A stretch of DNA of 32,918 nt, from contig JAYVWK010000434.1 of assembly GCA_043786185.1 (NCBI GenBank), positions 1 to 32,918 of the forward strand. The letters are read 5' to 3'. Each line of letters begins with the position of its first letter. Within the stretch, counting starts at the first letter, position 1. Below are positions 24,278 through 32,918 of this stretch, piece after piece. The position numbers and the translations under genes are program-made. The notes under the pieces were generated by a model, which was given only the letters and a program-made list of their open reading frames with translations, searched no databases and was not told the origin of the DNA. Source of the stretch: Burkholderiales bacterium (GTDB taxonomy: Bacteria > Pseudomonadota > Gammaproteobacteria > Burkholderiales > JAEUOS01).

Positions 24278-25525
24278 ATGAAACTCGAAGGCATTCGCGT
24301 CATCGACTTGTCACGCTTCCTGCCCGGCCCGATGTTGACGCAGTTGATGGCCGACCAGGGTGCCGAGGTGATCAAGATAGAGTCCACCGACGAGGGCGAA
24401 CCGACGCGAACCATCGGCGAGCTGCGCGAGGGCATCAGCGTGTTTTTCGCCAACACCAGCCGCGGCAAGAAAAGCCTGGCCTTGAACCTCAAGCACCCGG
24501 CCGGGGTGGAAGCGCTGCTGCGCTTGGCCGAGACTGCGGACGTCATCATCGAGGCATTCCGCCCGGGCGTGGCGGACCGGCTCGGCGTCGGCTACCGGCA
24601 GGTCGCCGCACGCGCCCCGCAAGTCGTTTATGCCTCGATCTCGGCCTATGGGCAAAGCGGCCCCTATCGCGACCTCGCCACCCATGACCTGGCCACCGAG
24701 GCGATGGCCGGCGTGCTGTCGCTCAATCATGGCCAGGACGGCAAGCCGGCGATTCCGGGCCTGCCGGCCTCCGACATGCTGGCCGCGACCATCGCCCTCT
24801 CGGGCGTGTTGATGGCGCTGCTGCGGCGCAAGGACACCGGGCGCGGCGATTTTCTCGACATCGCAATGGCCGAGTGCCTGCTCGCCTGCATTCCCAATAA
24901 TCTCGGCTCGGCGATGGCGGCGCGACGTCAGCCCGATGTCGGCAACGAACGCTCGCTCGGTGGCAATCCGCTCTACACGGTTTATGAAACACGAGATGGC
25001 GCGTGGATCGCGCTGGGCAGCCAGGAATTCAAGTTCGCCGTCAACCTGCTCACCGCACTTAAGCGGCCGGACCTGATCGATCTGTGCAGGCTGCCGCCCG
25101 GCCGCGCGCAACATCCGGTGCGCGACGCCCTGCGCGCGATCTTCCGCGGCAAGACCCGAGCCGAATGGATCGAATGGTTCAAGGGCCGCGACATACCGTT
25201 CGCACCGGTACAGAGCCTGCCCGAGGTGCTGGACGACCCGCACTTCCGGCAGCGCGGCATGGTGCTGACCGACGCACGCGGCTGGGATCACATCGGCAGC
25301 CCGATCCGCTTTGCGGATGAACCCGGGCAGGTGCGCTTCGCACCGCCCGCCCTGGGACAGCATTCGCAGGAAATCCTGCAATCCCTCGGGTATGCCGATG
25401 ACGAGATCGCCGCGTTGCAGGCAGCCGGTGCGTTCAGGCAGGCGATGCATGAGGACATCGCGCACCATTCGAGCGGCGCGGCAGACGCTCCGCCATTCGA
25501 GCACCGCGTCAAGCCGCCTGACTAA
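24278..25525 (+). CDS. family III CoA-transferase (CaiB/BaiF family)
   Basis: MKLEGIRVIDLSRFLPGPMLTQLMADQGAEVIKIESTDEGEPTR parallels the paralogue at 3254..4432. Start moved to ATG 24278. Confidence 0.9.
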   Translation: MKLEGIRVIDLSRFLPGPMLTQLMADQGAEVIKIESTDEGEPTRTIGELREGISVFFANTSRGKKSLALNLKHPAGVEALLRLAETADVIIEAFRPGVADRLGVGYRQVAARAPQVVYASISAYGQSGPYRDLATHDLATEAMAGVLSLNHGQDGKPAIPGLPASDMLAATIALSGVLMALLRRKDTGRGDFLDIAMAECLLACIPNNLGSAMAARRQPDVGNERSLGGNPLYTVYETRDGAWIALGSQEFKFAVNLLTALKRPDLIDLCRLPPGRAQHPVRDALRAIFRGKTRAEWIEWFKGRDIPFAPVQSLPEVLDDPHFRQRGMVLTDARGWDHIGSPIRFADEPGQVRFAPPALGQHSQEILQSLGYADDEIAALQAAGAFRQAMHEDIAHHSSGAADAPPFEHRVKPPD

Positions 25526-25605
25526 GGCGTAGCATGGCATTGGCGATTGCCACGCGAATGCCCGCCACGTTGTAGTGACCATCCTGCTCACCTGAGGCCC
25601 ACCCC

Positions 25606-26613
25606 ATGCAGCCACCCAGCGACTTTATCCTGATCACCCGCCGACTCAAACGCGGCGTCGCCACCCTGCTCGCGGCGTTCGCCACGCTGCCCACCTGCGC
25701 ACCCGCATTCGCGCAGGCCTACCCGACCAAGCCGATCCGCGTTTACGTGAACTCGGCGCCCGGCGGGCTGACCGACGTGATCGCGCGCTTAGTCGCGGTG
25801 CGCATGAGCCAGGCGCTTGGCCAACCGCTGCTGATCGACAACCGCACCGGCGTCGGTGGCTTAGTCGGCGCCGAACTGGTGACCAAGGCCGAGCCCGACG
25901 GCTACACCATCGGCGTGGTGGCCAGCGCGATCACCGTCTCGCCCCAACTGATGGCCACCCCGCCATTCGACGCATCGAAGGACTTCACCCCGGTCGCGCT
26001 CCTGATGTCGACGCCGCTGATTCTGGTGACCAATGTGAACTCGCGCTACCGCAGCGTGGCCGACTATGTGAGTGAAGCGAAAGCCCGGCCGGGAGAGTTG
26101 TCGTTTGCCTCGGGCGGCACCGGCACCATGACCCACCTCTTGGCCGAGCAACTGCAAACCCATGCCGGCCTGAAGCTGATTCATGTGCCCTACAAGGGTG
26201 GCGCGCCGGCCCTGAACGACGTGCTGGCCGGCCATGTGCCGATCTACTTCGATACCCTCACCACCAGCACCAAGCTGGTCCAGGAAAACAAACTGCGTGC
26301 GCTGGCGATCGTCAGCCCGAAGCGCTCGCCGGCCTTGCCGACGGTGCCGACCATCGCCGAGGCGGGCTATCCCGACGTGCAGGGCATGGCCTGGTTCGCC
26401 ATCGTGGCGCCGCCGCAAATGCCGCGCGAGATCGTCACCCGCTTGAATGAAGAAGCCAACAAGGCGCTGGCCGCGCCGGAAATCAGGGAGCGCATTCTCG
26501 CGCTCGGCGGCACCGTCGAGGGCGGCGGCGCCGCAGTGCTGGCCGACCTGATCCGCAGCGAAATGCCGCGCTGGGCCAAGCTGATTCGCGAACGCGGCAT
26601 CAAGATGCAATAA
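25606..26613 (+). CDS. Bug/TctC-family substrate-binding protein
   Basis: Signal peptide ...LLAAFATLPTCAPAFA followed by YPTKPIRVYVNSAPGGLTD. 335 aa. Confidence 0.9.
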   Translation: MQPPSDFILITRRLKRGVATLLAAFATLPTCAPAFAQAYPTKPIRVYVNSAPGGLTDVIARLVAVRMSQALGQPLLIDNRTGVGGLVGAELVTKAEPDGYTIGVVASAITVSPQLMATPPFDASKDFTPVALLMSTPLILVTNVNSRYRSVADYVSEAKARPGELSFASGGTGTMTHLLAEQLQTHAGLKLIHVPYKGGAPALNDVLAGHVPIYFDTLTTSTKLVQENKLRALAIVSPKRSPALPTVPTIAEAGYPDVQGMAWFAIVAPPQMPREIVTRLNEEANKALAAPEIRERILALGGTVEGGGAAVLADLIRSEMPRWAKLIRERGIKMQ

Positions 26614-26634
26614 GCGGTAAGCGGGAGGCGCTGC

Positions 26635-28326
26635 GTGGACTACACCGTGGGCGACCTGGTCGCCGATTTTCTCGCCGGCGCCGGGGTCGACACGGCATTC
26701 GGCATCGTCTCGATCCACAACATTCCGATCCTCGATGCGATCGGCCGGCGTGGCGTGATCCGTTTTGTGCCGACGCGCGGTGAAGCCGGTGCCGGCCACA
26801 TGGCGGACGCCTACGCACGGGTGTCGGGCGGGCTCGGTGTCTTGATCACCAGCACCGGACCGGGCGCGGCCAATGCGGTGCCGGCGTTAGTCGAGGCGCG
26901 CTTCGCCGGCTGCCCGCTGTTGCATATCACCGGCCAGACCGCGACCCGCCTGCAGGGACGCGACAGCGGTGCGGTGCACGACTTCCCCGGCCAGGGCGCG
27001 ATGCTGGCCGCGGTGTGCAAATCGGTGCATCGTCCGCGTAGCGCTGGCGAGGTGCTGGAAAATCTCGTCGCCGCCGCCAGCGACGCCTTGTCGGCGCCGC
27101 GCGGCCCGGTGACCATCGAGATCGCCGCCGACCTGCAGGCGCAGAAGGTCGCGCAGCCGGCCTCGTTTGCAGGGCTGGTGGCGCCACGTCCGCCACCCAT
27201 GCCACCACCACAGGACCTCGACGCGCTGGCCGACCTGCTGGCGCAAGCGCGCCGACCGCTGCTATGGCTGGGCAATGGCGCGCGCGGCGCCGGCGCCGAG
27301 GCGCGCGCCCTGCTCGATCTCGGGTTCGGCGCAGTAAGTTCGTGGACCGGCCGCGGCATCGTGCCCGAAGATCACCCGCGCACCCTGGGCGCGCTGCATG
27401 GCAATGGCGCACCGGCGATCGAGGATTTCTACGCCGGGGTCGACGCGCTGCTGGTGGTCGGCTCGCGCCTGCGCGGCCACGAGACGCTCGACGGCGCGCT
27501 GCGCCTGCCGCAGCACCTGATGCAGGTCGATATCGACCCGCAGGCCAACGGCCGCACCTATGCAAACGCCATGTTCGTGCGTGGCGACGCTGCGGCAACG
27601 CTCGCCGGCCTCAAGCAGCGCCTTGCCGGCCGCCTGAAGGTGGCGCCGGACTTCGGCACCGACCTGGCCCGCGCCCGCGATCTGGCCGCCGAGACCTACC
27701 GTGCCGGCCTCGGTCCCTATTGCGACTTTCCGGCGCAACTGCGGCGCGCCATGCCGCCCGATGCGGTGTGGGTACGCGACGCCACGGTCGCCGGCCACAC
27801 CTGGGCGCACCGCCTGATTCCCCTCCAAGGCCCGCGCGACTCGGTGCATCCGGTCAGCGGCGCGATCGGCCCCGGCCTGCCATTCGGCATCGGCGCCGCG
27901 CTGGCAGCCGGCGCCGCCGGCCGCAAGGTGGTGGTGCTGGCGGGCGATGGCGGCTTCGCGATGCACATGACGGAACTGTGGACCGCGCGCCAGGAACGCT
28001 CCGACCTCTGCGTGATCGTGATGAACGACGGTATTTACGCTGCGATCGGCTTTCTGCAGGATGCGAACCAGAATGGCCGGCGTTACTACGGCGAGTTGCA
28101 GGGGCCGGACCTGCGCGGCCTGGCGGCGCTGGCGGGGATGCCGTTCTGGCGGGTGGATCGCGCCGACATGTTTGGCGACGCCGTGGCCGCGGCCACGGCG
28201 TCGCCCGGCCCGACCATGGTGGAAGTGGACATGCGCGCGATCGGGCCGGTGCCGCCATACGGCCATCGTGTACGTCCGCCGACCGCAACAGGAAGTGACA
28301 AACGGCGGGATGCCAACACGACATGA
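26635..28326 (+). CDS. thiamine-diphosphate-dependent enzyme (acetolactate synthase large-subunit-like)
   Basis: N-terminal pyrimidine-binding domain (FGIVSIHNIPILDA...EAGAGHMADAYARVSG) and C-terminal ThDP motif GDGGFAMHMTELWTARQERSDLCVIVMNDG. GTG start. Confidence 0.9.
   Translation: MDYTVGDLVADFLAGAGVDTAFGIVSIHNIPILDAIGRRGVIRFVPTRGEAGAGHMADAYARVSGGLGVLITSTGPGAANAVPALVEARFAGCPLLHITGQTATRLQGRDSGAVHDFPGQGAMLAAVCKSVHRPRSAGEVLENLVAAASDALSAPRGPVTIEIAADLQAQKVAQPASFAGLVAPRPPPMPPPQDLDALADLLAQARRPLLWLGNGARGAGAEARALLDLGFGAVSSWTGRGIVPEDHPRTLGALHGNGAPAIEDFYAGVDALLVVGSRLRGHETLDGALRLPQHLMQVDIDPQANGRTYANAMFVRGDAAATLAGLKQRLAGRLKVAPDFGTDLARARDLAAETYRAGLGPYCDFPAQLRRAMPPDAVWVRDATVAGHTWAHRLIPLQGPRDSVHPVSGAIGPGLPFGIGAALAAGAAGRKVVVLAGDGGFAMHMTELWTARQERSDLCVIVMNDGIYAAIGFLQDANQNGRRYYGELQGPDLRGLAALAGMPFWRVDRADMFGDAVAAATASPGPTMVEVDMRAIGPVPPYGHRVRPPTATGSDKRRDANTT
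28014..28250 (+). repeat. copy A of a diverged direct repeat (functional 3' end of the ThDP-enzyme gene)
   Basis: Matches 29339-29590. Shared exact runs gatcgtgatgaacgacg and ggcccgaccatggtggaagtgga. 53 of 73 translated residues are identical by hand count. Confidence 0.8.
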
Positions 28327-28419
28327 GCGACAGCACTGCGGCAAGTCAGAAGCCTTGCGGCGATGGGCTGGCAACTCTGATAAACTGATTTTCTTATTAA
28401 CAAATGGATTCCGTTTGCC

Positions 28420-28701
28420 ATGGACTCGCTCGCCGTCAATGTCACCGAGTTTTCCCGCAATCTGTCCGATTTCTTGAATCAGGTGCAATATCGTGGGCAG
28501 GTTCTTGATATAGAGCGTGGCAAACGGGTGGTGGCACGCCTGTCGCCCGTCTCGGCAATCGATGGCTACCCCATCGCGCAACTCGACGCCCTGCTGGCCC
28601 GGGGCCCGCAGCTTGATGCGGCCGATCGCAAGTTGATGGCCAAAGACCTGCGCGCGATGCGCGTCCAATCGCGCTCACGGACTGATCCTTGGGCCTCGTA
28701 A
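28420..28701 (+). CDS. vapB: type II antitoxin, Phd/YefM-type (VapB role)
   Basis: MDSLAVNVTEFSRNLSDFLNQVQYRGQVLDIERGKRVVARLSPV is a Phd/YefM-like N-terminus. It overlaps the downstream PIN toxin gene by 13 nt. Confidence 0.8.
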   Translation: MDSLAVNVTEFSRNLSDFLNQVQYRGQVLDIERGKRVVARLSPVSAIDGYPIAQLDALLARGPQLDAADRKLMAKDLRAMRVQSRSRTDPWAS

Positions 28702-29105
28702 TCGACACGGATGTCTGGGTCCTTGCCGAGAAATCCGGCGGCAAACTCAATTTGGCGCGATGGGCGCACCATGGCAACGCCTATATGAGCGCAGTCACTG
28801 CCAGCGAGTTGCTGGTCGGTGTAGAACGCGCCAACAGCGCGCAACGCAAGGCGCTACGTGGCGCGTTTGTTGAGAGCATTCTGGCCTCGATTCCGATTCT
28901 GGACTTTTCCGCCGCGGTCGCGCGTACCCACGCGCGCATGCTTGCGCGCTTGCCAAAGAACAAGACGGCCACAGTCCAAGTCCAGGACGCGCTGATCGCC
29001 GCCACTGCGTTGCATCACGGTCACGCGCTGCTCACCCGAAACCTGGCCGATTTCAAGATTTTTGCAGGCCTGACCGTCGAAGCCTATAGCGATCCCGTGG
29101 ATTGA
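28689..29105 (+). CDS. vapC: type II toxin, PIN-domain ribonuclease VapC
   Basis: PIN acidic residues in context: LVIDTDV, TASELLVG, VQDALIAATALHHG, LLTRNLADF. TTG start. 138 aa. Confidence 0.85.
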   Translation: MGLVIDTDVWVLAEKSGGKLNLARWAHHGNAYMSAVTASELLVGVERANSAQRKALRGAFVESILASIPILDFSAAVARTHARMLARLPKNKTATVQVQDALIAATALHHGHALLTRNLADFKIFAGLTVEAYSDPVD

Positions 29106-29338
29106 CGCTGCGGCAAGCCGGCAGCGCCATGCGCACAAGCGCCCAATACTCCGCTGCGACCACTGGTGACGGCACTGATCGGGTCGCCGTGCCGCCAGCA
29201 CCGATTTCTCATCTTTCGCTCGATCACGTGTCGCATGCGAGCGATTAAATTTCCTGCTTCCCGACCGCAAGTCTGTCCGACGCCTGATCCACCAAGAGCC
29301 CTCGATGTCAGGAACTGCAAACGAGCGCACGATCGATT

Positions 29339-29618
29339 GATCGTGATGAACGACGACTTCTACGCGGCAATCGCCGTTCTGCAGGATGCAAACCAGGATG
29401 GCCGGCGCTTTCATGGCGAATTGCAGGGGCCAGGCTTGCGCGGTCTGGCGGCGCTGGCGGAGATGCCGTTGCGGCGGGTGGATAGTGCCGCGATGTTCGG
29501 CAGCTCGAGGGCCGCGGCCCTCGCAACGGCTGGCCCGACCATGGTGGAAGTGGATTTCCTATCCTTCGGTTCGGATCGGACGATCGGGCCTCCCGTGCAA
29601 GCGACGCGAACTCGATGA
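29339..29618 (+). pseudogene. orphan 3' fragment (copy B) of a ThDP-enzyme gene
   Basis: Translation LIVMNDDFYAAIAVLQDANQDGRRFHGELQGPGLRGLAALAEMPLRRVDSAAMFGSSRAAALATAGPTMVEVD... parallels residues about 460-535 of the upstream intact enzyme. The N-terminal ~460 codons are missing. It has its own stop at 29616-29618. The upstream part of track ORF 29166..29618 shows no homology. Confidence 0.75.
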
Positions 29619-29729
29619 TAATCGGGGCGCTAGCCTCTGCCGATCAACGAGCGAGATCGGCACCCTGATTCGGCTTGCCGCCGGGCCTGGAGGAGATTCC
29701 TGCGTCGGCGCCGGTGTCAACAGGAGAAC

Positions 29730-31121
29730 ATGCCGATGAGCACCGAACTTTGGAACCTTGCCGCCAGCGATCTCGTGCGCGAGTTTCGCGCCCGCCGACT
29801 TTCGCCGGTGGAGTTGCTACAGGCCATCCTGCGGCGTGCTGAAGCGGCCAATCCGGCCATCAATGCGCTGGCCTTCCTGGATGCCGAGCGCGCGCTGGCG
29901 GCCGCGCGCGCATCCGCGGCGCGCTGGCAGCGCGGCCAACCCGCGAGCCCGCTTGACGGCGTACCGGTGACCGTCAAGGACAGCATGCCGGCGGCCGGCA
30001 TGCTGTCCTTCAGCGGCAGCAAAGCCTGCAACGCCGAACGCATCCCCGACGCAGTCGACGCACCGGTCGTGGCACGGCTCAAGGAGGCCGGTGCCGTCCT
30101 CCTGGGCAAGACCACGATGCCCGATTTCGGCCTTGTCGCCTCCGGCATCAGCAGCCGTTTCGGCACCACCCGCAACCCGTGGGACCTGACGCGCAACTCC
30201 GGCGGCTCGAGCTCGGGTGCTGGCGCCGCGGTTGCCGCCGGCATCGGGCCGTTGGCCATCGGCACCGACGGTGGCGGCTCGATCCGCATCCCGTCCGCCT
30301 TTTGCGGCGTGTTCGGCCTCAAGCCGAGCTATGGCCGGGTGCCGGTGCATGAGCCGCAACCCTGGGTGGTAGCTGGGCCGATCACCCGCAGCGTCGCTGA
30401 TGCGGCGCTGCTGATGGGGGTGATCAGTCGCCCCGACCCGCGCGACTTCACGGCCCTGCCCTACGACCCGCGGGACTACCTTGCCGGCATCGACGACGGC
30501 GTGCGCGGTGCGCGTATTGGGCTGCTGGAAGACATCGGCTTCGGCCTGAAAGTCGAGCCGCAGGTGCGCGACCGGCTGATGCACGCCGCAAGAGTGTTCG
30601 AAAGCCTTGGTGCGACGGTTGAGCCGATCGCGCCGCTGTTCGCCGACAGCCCGGAACCCGATTTCGACCGCCTGTTGCACCTGCGCACCTACCTTCAGTT
30701 CTCGGCCATGACCCAGGACCAGCGTGATGCGATGCTGCCGGCGCTGGCCCGCTGGTGCGCGGACGAGAACGCCGAGCCGCGCGAGCGCTTGATGCAGGCG
30801 CTGGTCAATGTCGATGCAAGCCGTCGCGCCACGCTGGCGCCGTTCGCAGTGCATGAATTCCTGCTCGCGCCAGTGCTGGCAGTGCTGCCCTTTGCCGCCG
30901 AGCTGCCGTGGCCACCTGGCGGCACGGCGCACCACCCGTTCTGCTTTCCGTTCAACATGTCGGAGCAGCCGGCAGCCTCGATACACGGCGGCTTTTCCAG
31001 CCAGGGATGGCCGGTGGGCCTGCAAATCATAGGCCGCCGCTTCGACGACCGGGGGGTGCTGCGCGCGGCACACGCCTATGCGCAGGCCACCGGCTTTTTG
31101 CAACGCCGCCCGACGCTTTGA
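29730..31121 (+). CDS. amidase (amidase-signature family)
   Basis: AS signature GGSSSGAGAAVAAGIGPLAIGTDGGGSIRIPSAFCGVFGLKPSYGRV, catalytic Lys context PVTVKDS. AGGAGA SD. Confidence 0.9.
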   Translation: MPMSTELWNLAASDLVREFRARRLSPVELLQAILRRAEAANPAINALAFLDAERALAAARASAARWQRGQPASPLDGVPVTVKDSMPAAGMLSFSGSKACNAERIPDAVDAPVVARLKEAGAVLLGKTTMPDFGLVASGISSRFGTTRNPWDLTRNSGGSSSGAGAAVAAGIGPLAIGTDGGGSIRIPSAFCGVFGLKPSYGRVPVHEPQPWVVAGPITRSVADAALLMGVISRPDPRDFTALPYDPRDYLAGIDDGVRGARIGLLEDIGFGLKVEPQVRDRLMHAARVFESLGATVEPIAPLFADSPEPDFDRLLHLRTYLQFSAMTQDQRDAMLPALARWCADENAEPRERLMQALVNVDASRRATLAPFAVHEFLLAPVLAVLPFAAELPWPPGGTAHHPFCFPFNMSEQPAASIHGGFSSQGWPVGLQIIGRRFDDRGVLRAAHAYAQATGFLQRRPTL

Positions 31122-31297
31122 CAGCGCTCGCGCGGCAGTGCTCCAGCGGGCGAGGTTTGAATCACGCCCTTTTCATCTGATTCCCCGTGCTTGCCACGAC
31201 CAAACGCAGGCACCGGCACCGGGATCAGCCCACGTACACCCGACAACGCCTTCTCGAACGCTTCCGACCATGCGCTAAAAGCCGGTCCGCGGAATAG

Positions 31298-31501
31298 CTA
31301 ATTCCGGTCGCGCGCGGCGATCAACCATAGCAGCAGGAAGCAGCCGACGGTGACGGCGTCCGCACCCAACCGCAGCAGCGTGGCGGCATCGAAATCACCG
31401 TACCTGTGATGACCCATCAGCCTCGCCCCTCCCGCAAAGACCATCAGCAAGATGCCGAGCAGCCCGATCAATTGCCCAACCCTGTAAATCAATGCTTTCA
31501 T
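31298..31501 (-). CDS. small two-TM membrane protein (67 aa), unknown function
   Basis: MKALIYRVGQLIGLLGILLMVFAGGARLMGHHRYGDFDAATLLRLGADAVTVGCFLLLWLIAARDRN has two hydrophobic helices. AAGGGGG SD upstream of ATG 31501; the track start at 31630 is unlikely. Confidence 0.5.
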   Translation of the reverse strand: MKALIYRVGQLIGLLGILLMVFAGGARLMGHHRYGDFDAATLLRLGADAVTVGCFLLLWLIAARDRN

Positions 31502-31598
31502 CACTTCGCCCCCTTCGACCATTGCATCGCTAGAATCGCATTCCGAACCACCGCAAACGAAGCATACCAGCACTAAACGCCTGACCTGGAAATTGCGC

Positions 31599-32918
31599 GA
31601 TGAAAATTGGCCGACAGCATGATCCCTCACAACCGCGGCTCGGCATCGCGGCGCTGCGCGCGCATTTTGCCGCCCGCACGCTTAAGGTGACGGACCACCT
31701 GGCCGCGACGCTGGCGGCGATCGCGGCACGCAATGCCGGCATGGCGGTCTACCTGGCACTGGACGAGGCCCGCGCACGGGCCGCCGCCCAGGCGAGCGAC
31801 GCGCGCCACGCCGCCGGCACACCACTGTCGGTTCTCGACGGCATCATCCTCGCGGTCAAGGACAATATTGACGTCGCCGGCATGCCCACCACCGCCGGCC
31901 TGGGTTTCCGGCGCGGGCGCACCGCCGCGCAGGACGCCTTTGTCGTGGCGCGCCTGCGAGCCGCTGGCGCCATCGTGCTGGGGAAGGTGAACATGCACGC
32001 CGCCGCCTTCGGCGCGACCAACCGCAATGCGGATTTCGGCGACTGCGGCAATCCGGCGCATCCGGGGCGCGTGGCCGGTGGCTCCAGCGGCGGTTCCGCC
32101 GCGGCCGTGGCGGCGGGCTGGGCCCAATTGGCGCTGGGCACCGACACCATGGGATCGGTGCGCATTCCCGCCAGCTATTGCGGCATCGCCGGCATCAAAC
32201 CCAGCGCCGGTTTGGTCAGTTGCGGCGGCGTGGTGCCGCTGTGCACGCGACTGGACCATGTCGGCCTGCTGGCGGGCGGCGCGCAGGACCTCGCGGCAGC
32301 GCTGCCGCTGGCCGCCGGTTTCGATGCCGCCGATCCGGCGTCACGGGTTTTCGGGGCCTTCCCGTCCGCGCCCCCGCCGGCCCGGGTGCGCGCTCCCCGC
32401 GACGCGATGGCCACCATCGTCGAGCCGGGCATCTGGGACCGCTTCGAGGCCGCCCTGGAGGTGGTTCATGGTCTCGGCTGCAAGGTCGAGCGCTTCGACG
32501 CTCCCGCCTTTGACTTGGGCAGCCTGCGGCGCGCCGGGCTGCTCCTGACGGGCGCCGAGATGCTCGTCACCTACGACACCGAATGGCGCACACGGCGCGA
32601 GGTCCTGCCAGCCGAGATGGTAGCCACCATGGCCTGGGCAGAAGGCAAGTCCGCACGCGACATGGCGCGTGCGCTCGCCTCGCTCGCCGACGGCATCACC
32701 CTGCTGCGGCGCCTGCAGGGCGACGCACCGTGCCTGCTGCTGCCCAGTGCAGCGCAGGTGGCGTTCGCCGTCGAGGCACCGGCACCGGCCAACCAGGCCG
32801 ATTTCACCGTCCTGGCGAACATCGGCGGCGCGCCGGCGGTGAGCGTGCCGATGCCGTGCGCACCCGACGAGCACGCGGCCGGATTGCAGATCGTCGCGGC
32901 ATCCGGCGAAGACATGCT
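31599..32918 (+). CDS. amidase (amidase-signature family), 3' end beyond the window
   Basis: Not in the track because it has no stop. Hand translation from ATG 31599 stays open to the window end: MKIGRQHDPSQPRLGIAALRAHFAARTLKVTDHL...ILAVKDNIDVAGMPTTAG...GGSSGGSAAAVAAGWAQLALGTDTMGSVRIPASYCGIAGIKPSAGLVS... Confidence 0.85.

Noticed and set aside
31080-31300. The minus-strand frame of the small membrane protein stays open for about 73 codons beyond its TAG stop (LFRGPAFSAWSEAFEKALSGVRGLIPVPVP...), suggesting a nonsense-interrupted longer gene.
   Set aside because: Long open stretches are common in high-GC DNA. Third-position GC there is only moderate, the stretch would overlap the convergent amidase 3' end, and no motif is recognisable.
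1-32918. Scan for CRISPR arrays, tRNA/rRNA genes, IS elements, integrases, and reverse transcriptase-, helicase- or nuclease-type defence genes.
   Set aside because: No regularly spaced direct repeats, no RNA-gene-like structures, and no ORF with recombinase, transposase, RT, ATPase-nuclease or TIR/SIR2-like motifs were seen. Apart from the three TA pairs, the window shows no canonical defence or mobile-element signature.

Overview
High-GC (about two-thirds G+C by eye) chromosomal segment with gene content typical of Burkholderiales betaproteobacteria (Bordetella/Achromobacter/Cupriavidus/Variovorax type); no closer assignment is possible without a search. The backbone is orphan acyl-CoA catabolism. 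It has five paralogous Bug/TctC-family periplasmic solute receptors with no TctA/TctB partners. With them are two family-III CoA-transferases, two HMG-CoA-lyase-family (DRE-TIM) lyases, an acyl-CoA dehydrogenase, an AMP-forming acyl-CoA synthetase, a ThDP enzyme, two amidases, a P450-ferredoxin pair, a beta-lactamase-fold serine hydrolase and a FadR-type GntR regulator. An ada / 2OG-oxygenase / alkB alkylation-repair operon lies at 8.5-11.1 kb. Between alkB and an orphan ABC-type binding protein (about 11.1-15.7 kb) is a lower-GC accessory patch. It holds small SD-led or Cys-rich ORFs, a secreted repeat protein that looks frameshifted, a Cj0069-type ATP-grasp-like protein, a DUF1080-like protein and a higBA-type module. 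Three type II toxin-antitoxin modules of three different families are present, and two of them sit inside catabolic operons. I saw no integrase, transposase, IS, tRNA, rRNA or CRISPR array. Strongest sequence-supported observations: (1) the vapBC cassette lies between the intact 3' end of the ThDP-enzyme gene and a diverged orphan second copy of that 3' end; (2) two promoters share the architecture TTGAC(C/T)-N17-(-10 hexamer)-N1-GTTATACAA, a likely GntR operator linking the regulator to the large operon; (3) the 11.1-14.5 kb patch of unknown function. I found no clear multi-gene defence or biosynthetic system of a new type, so the novelty candidates are hypotheses. All homology calls rest on motif recognition by eye, not on searches.
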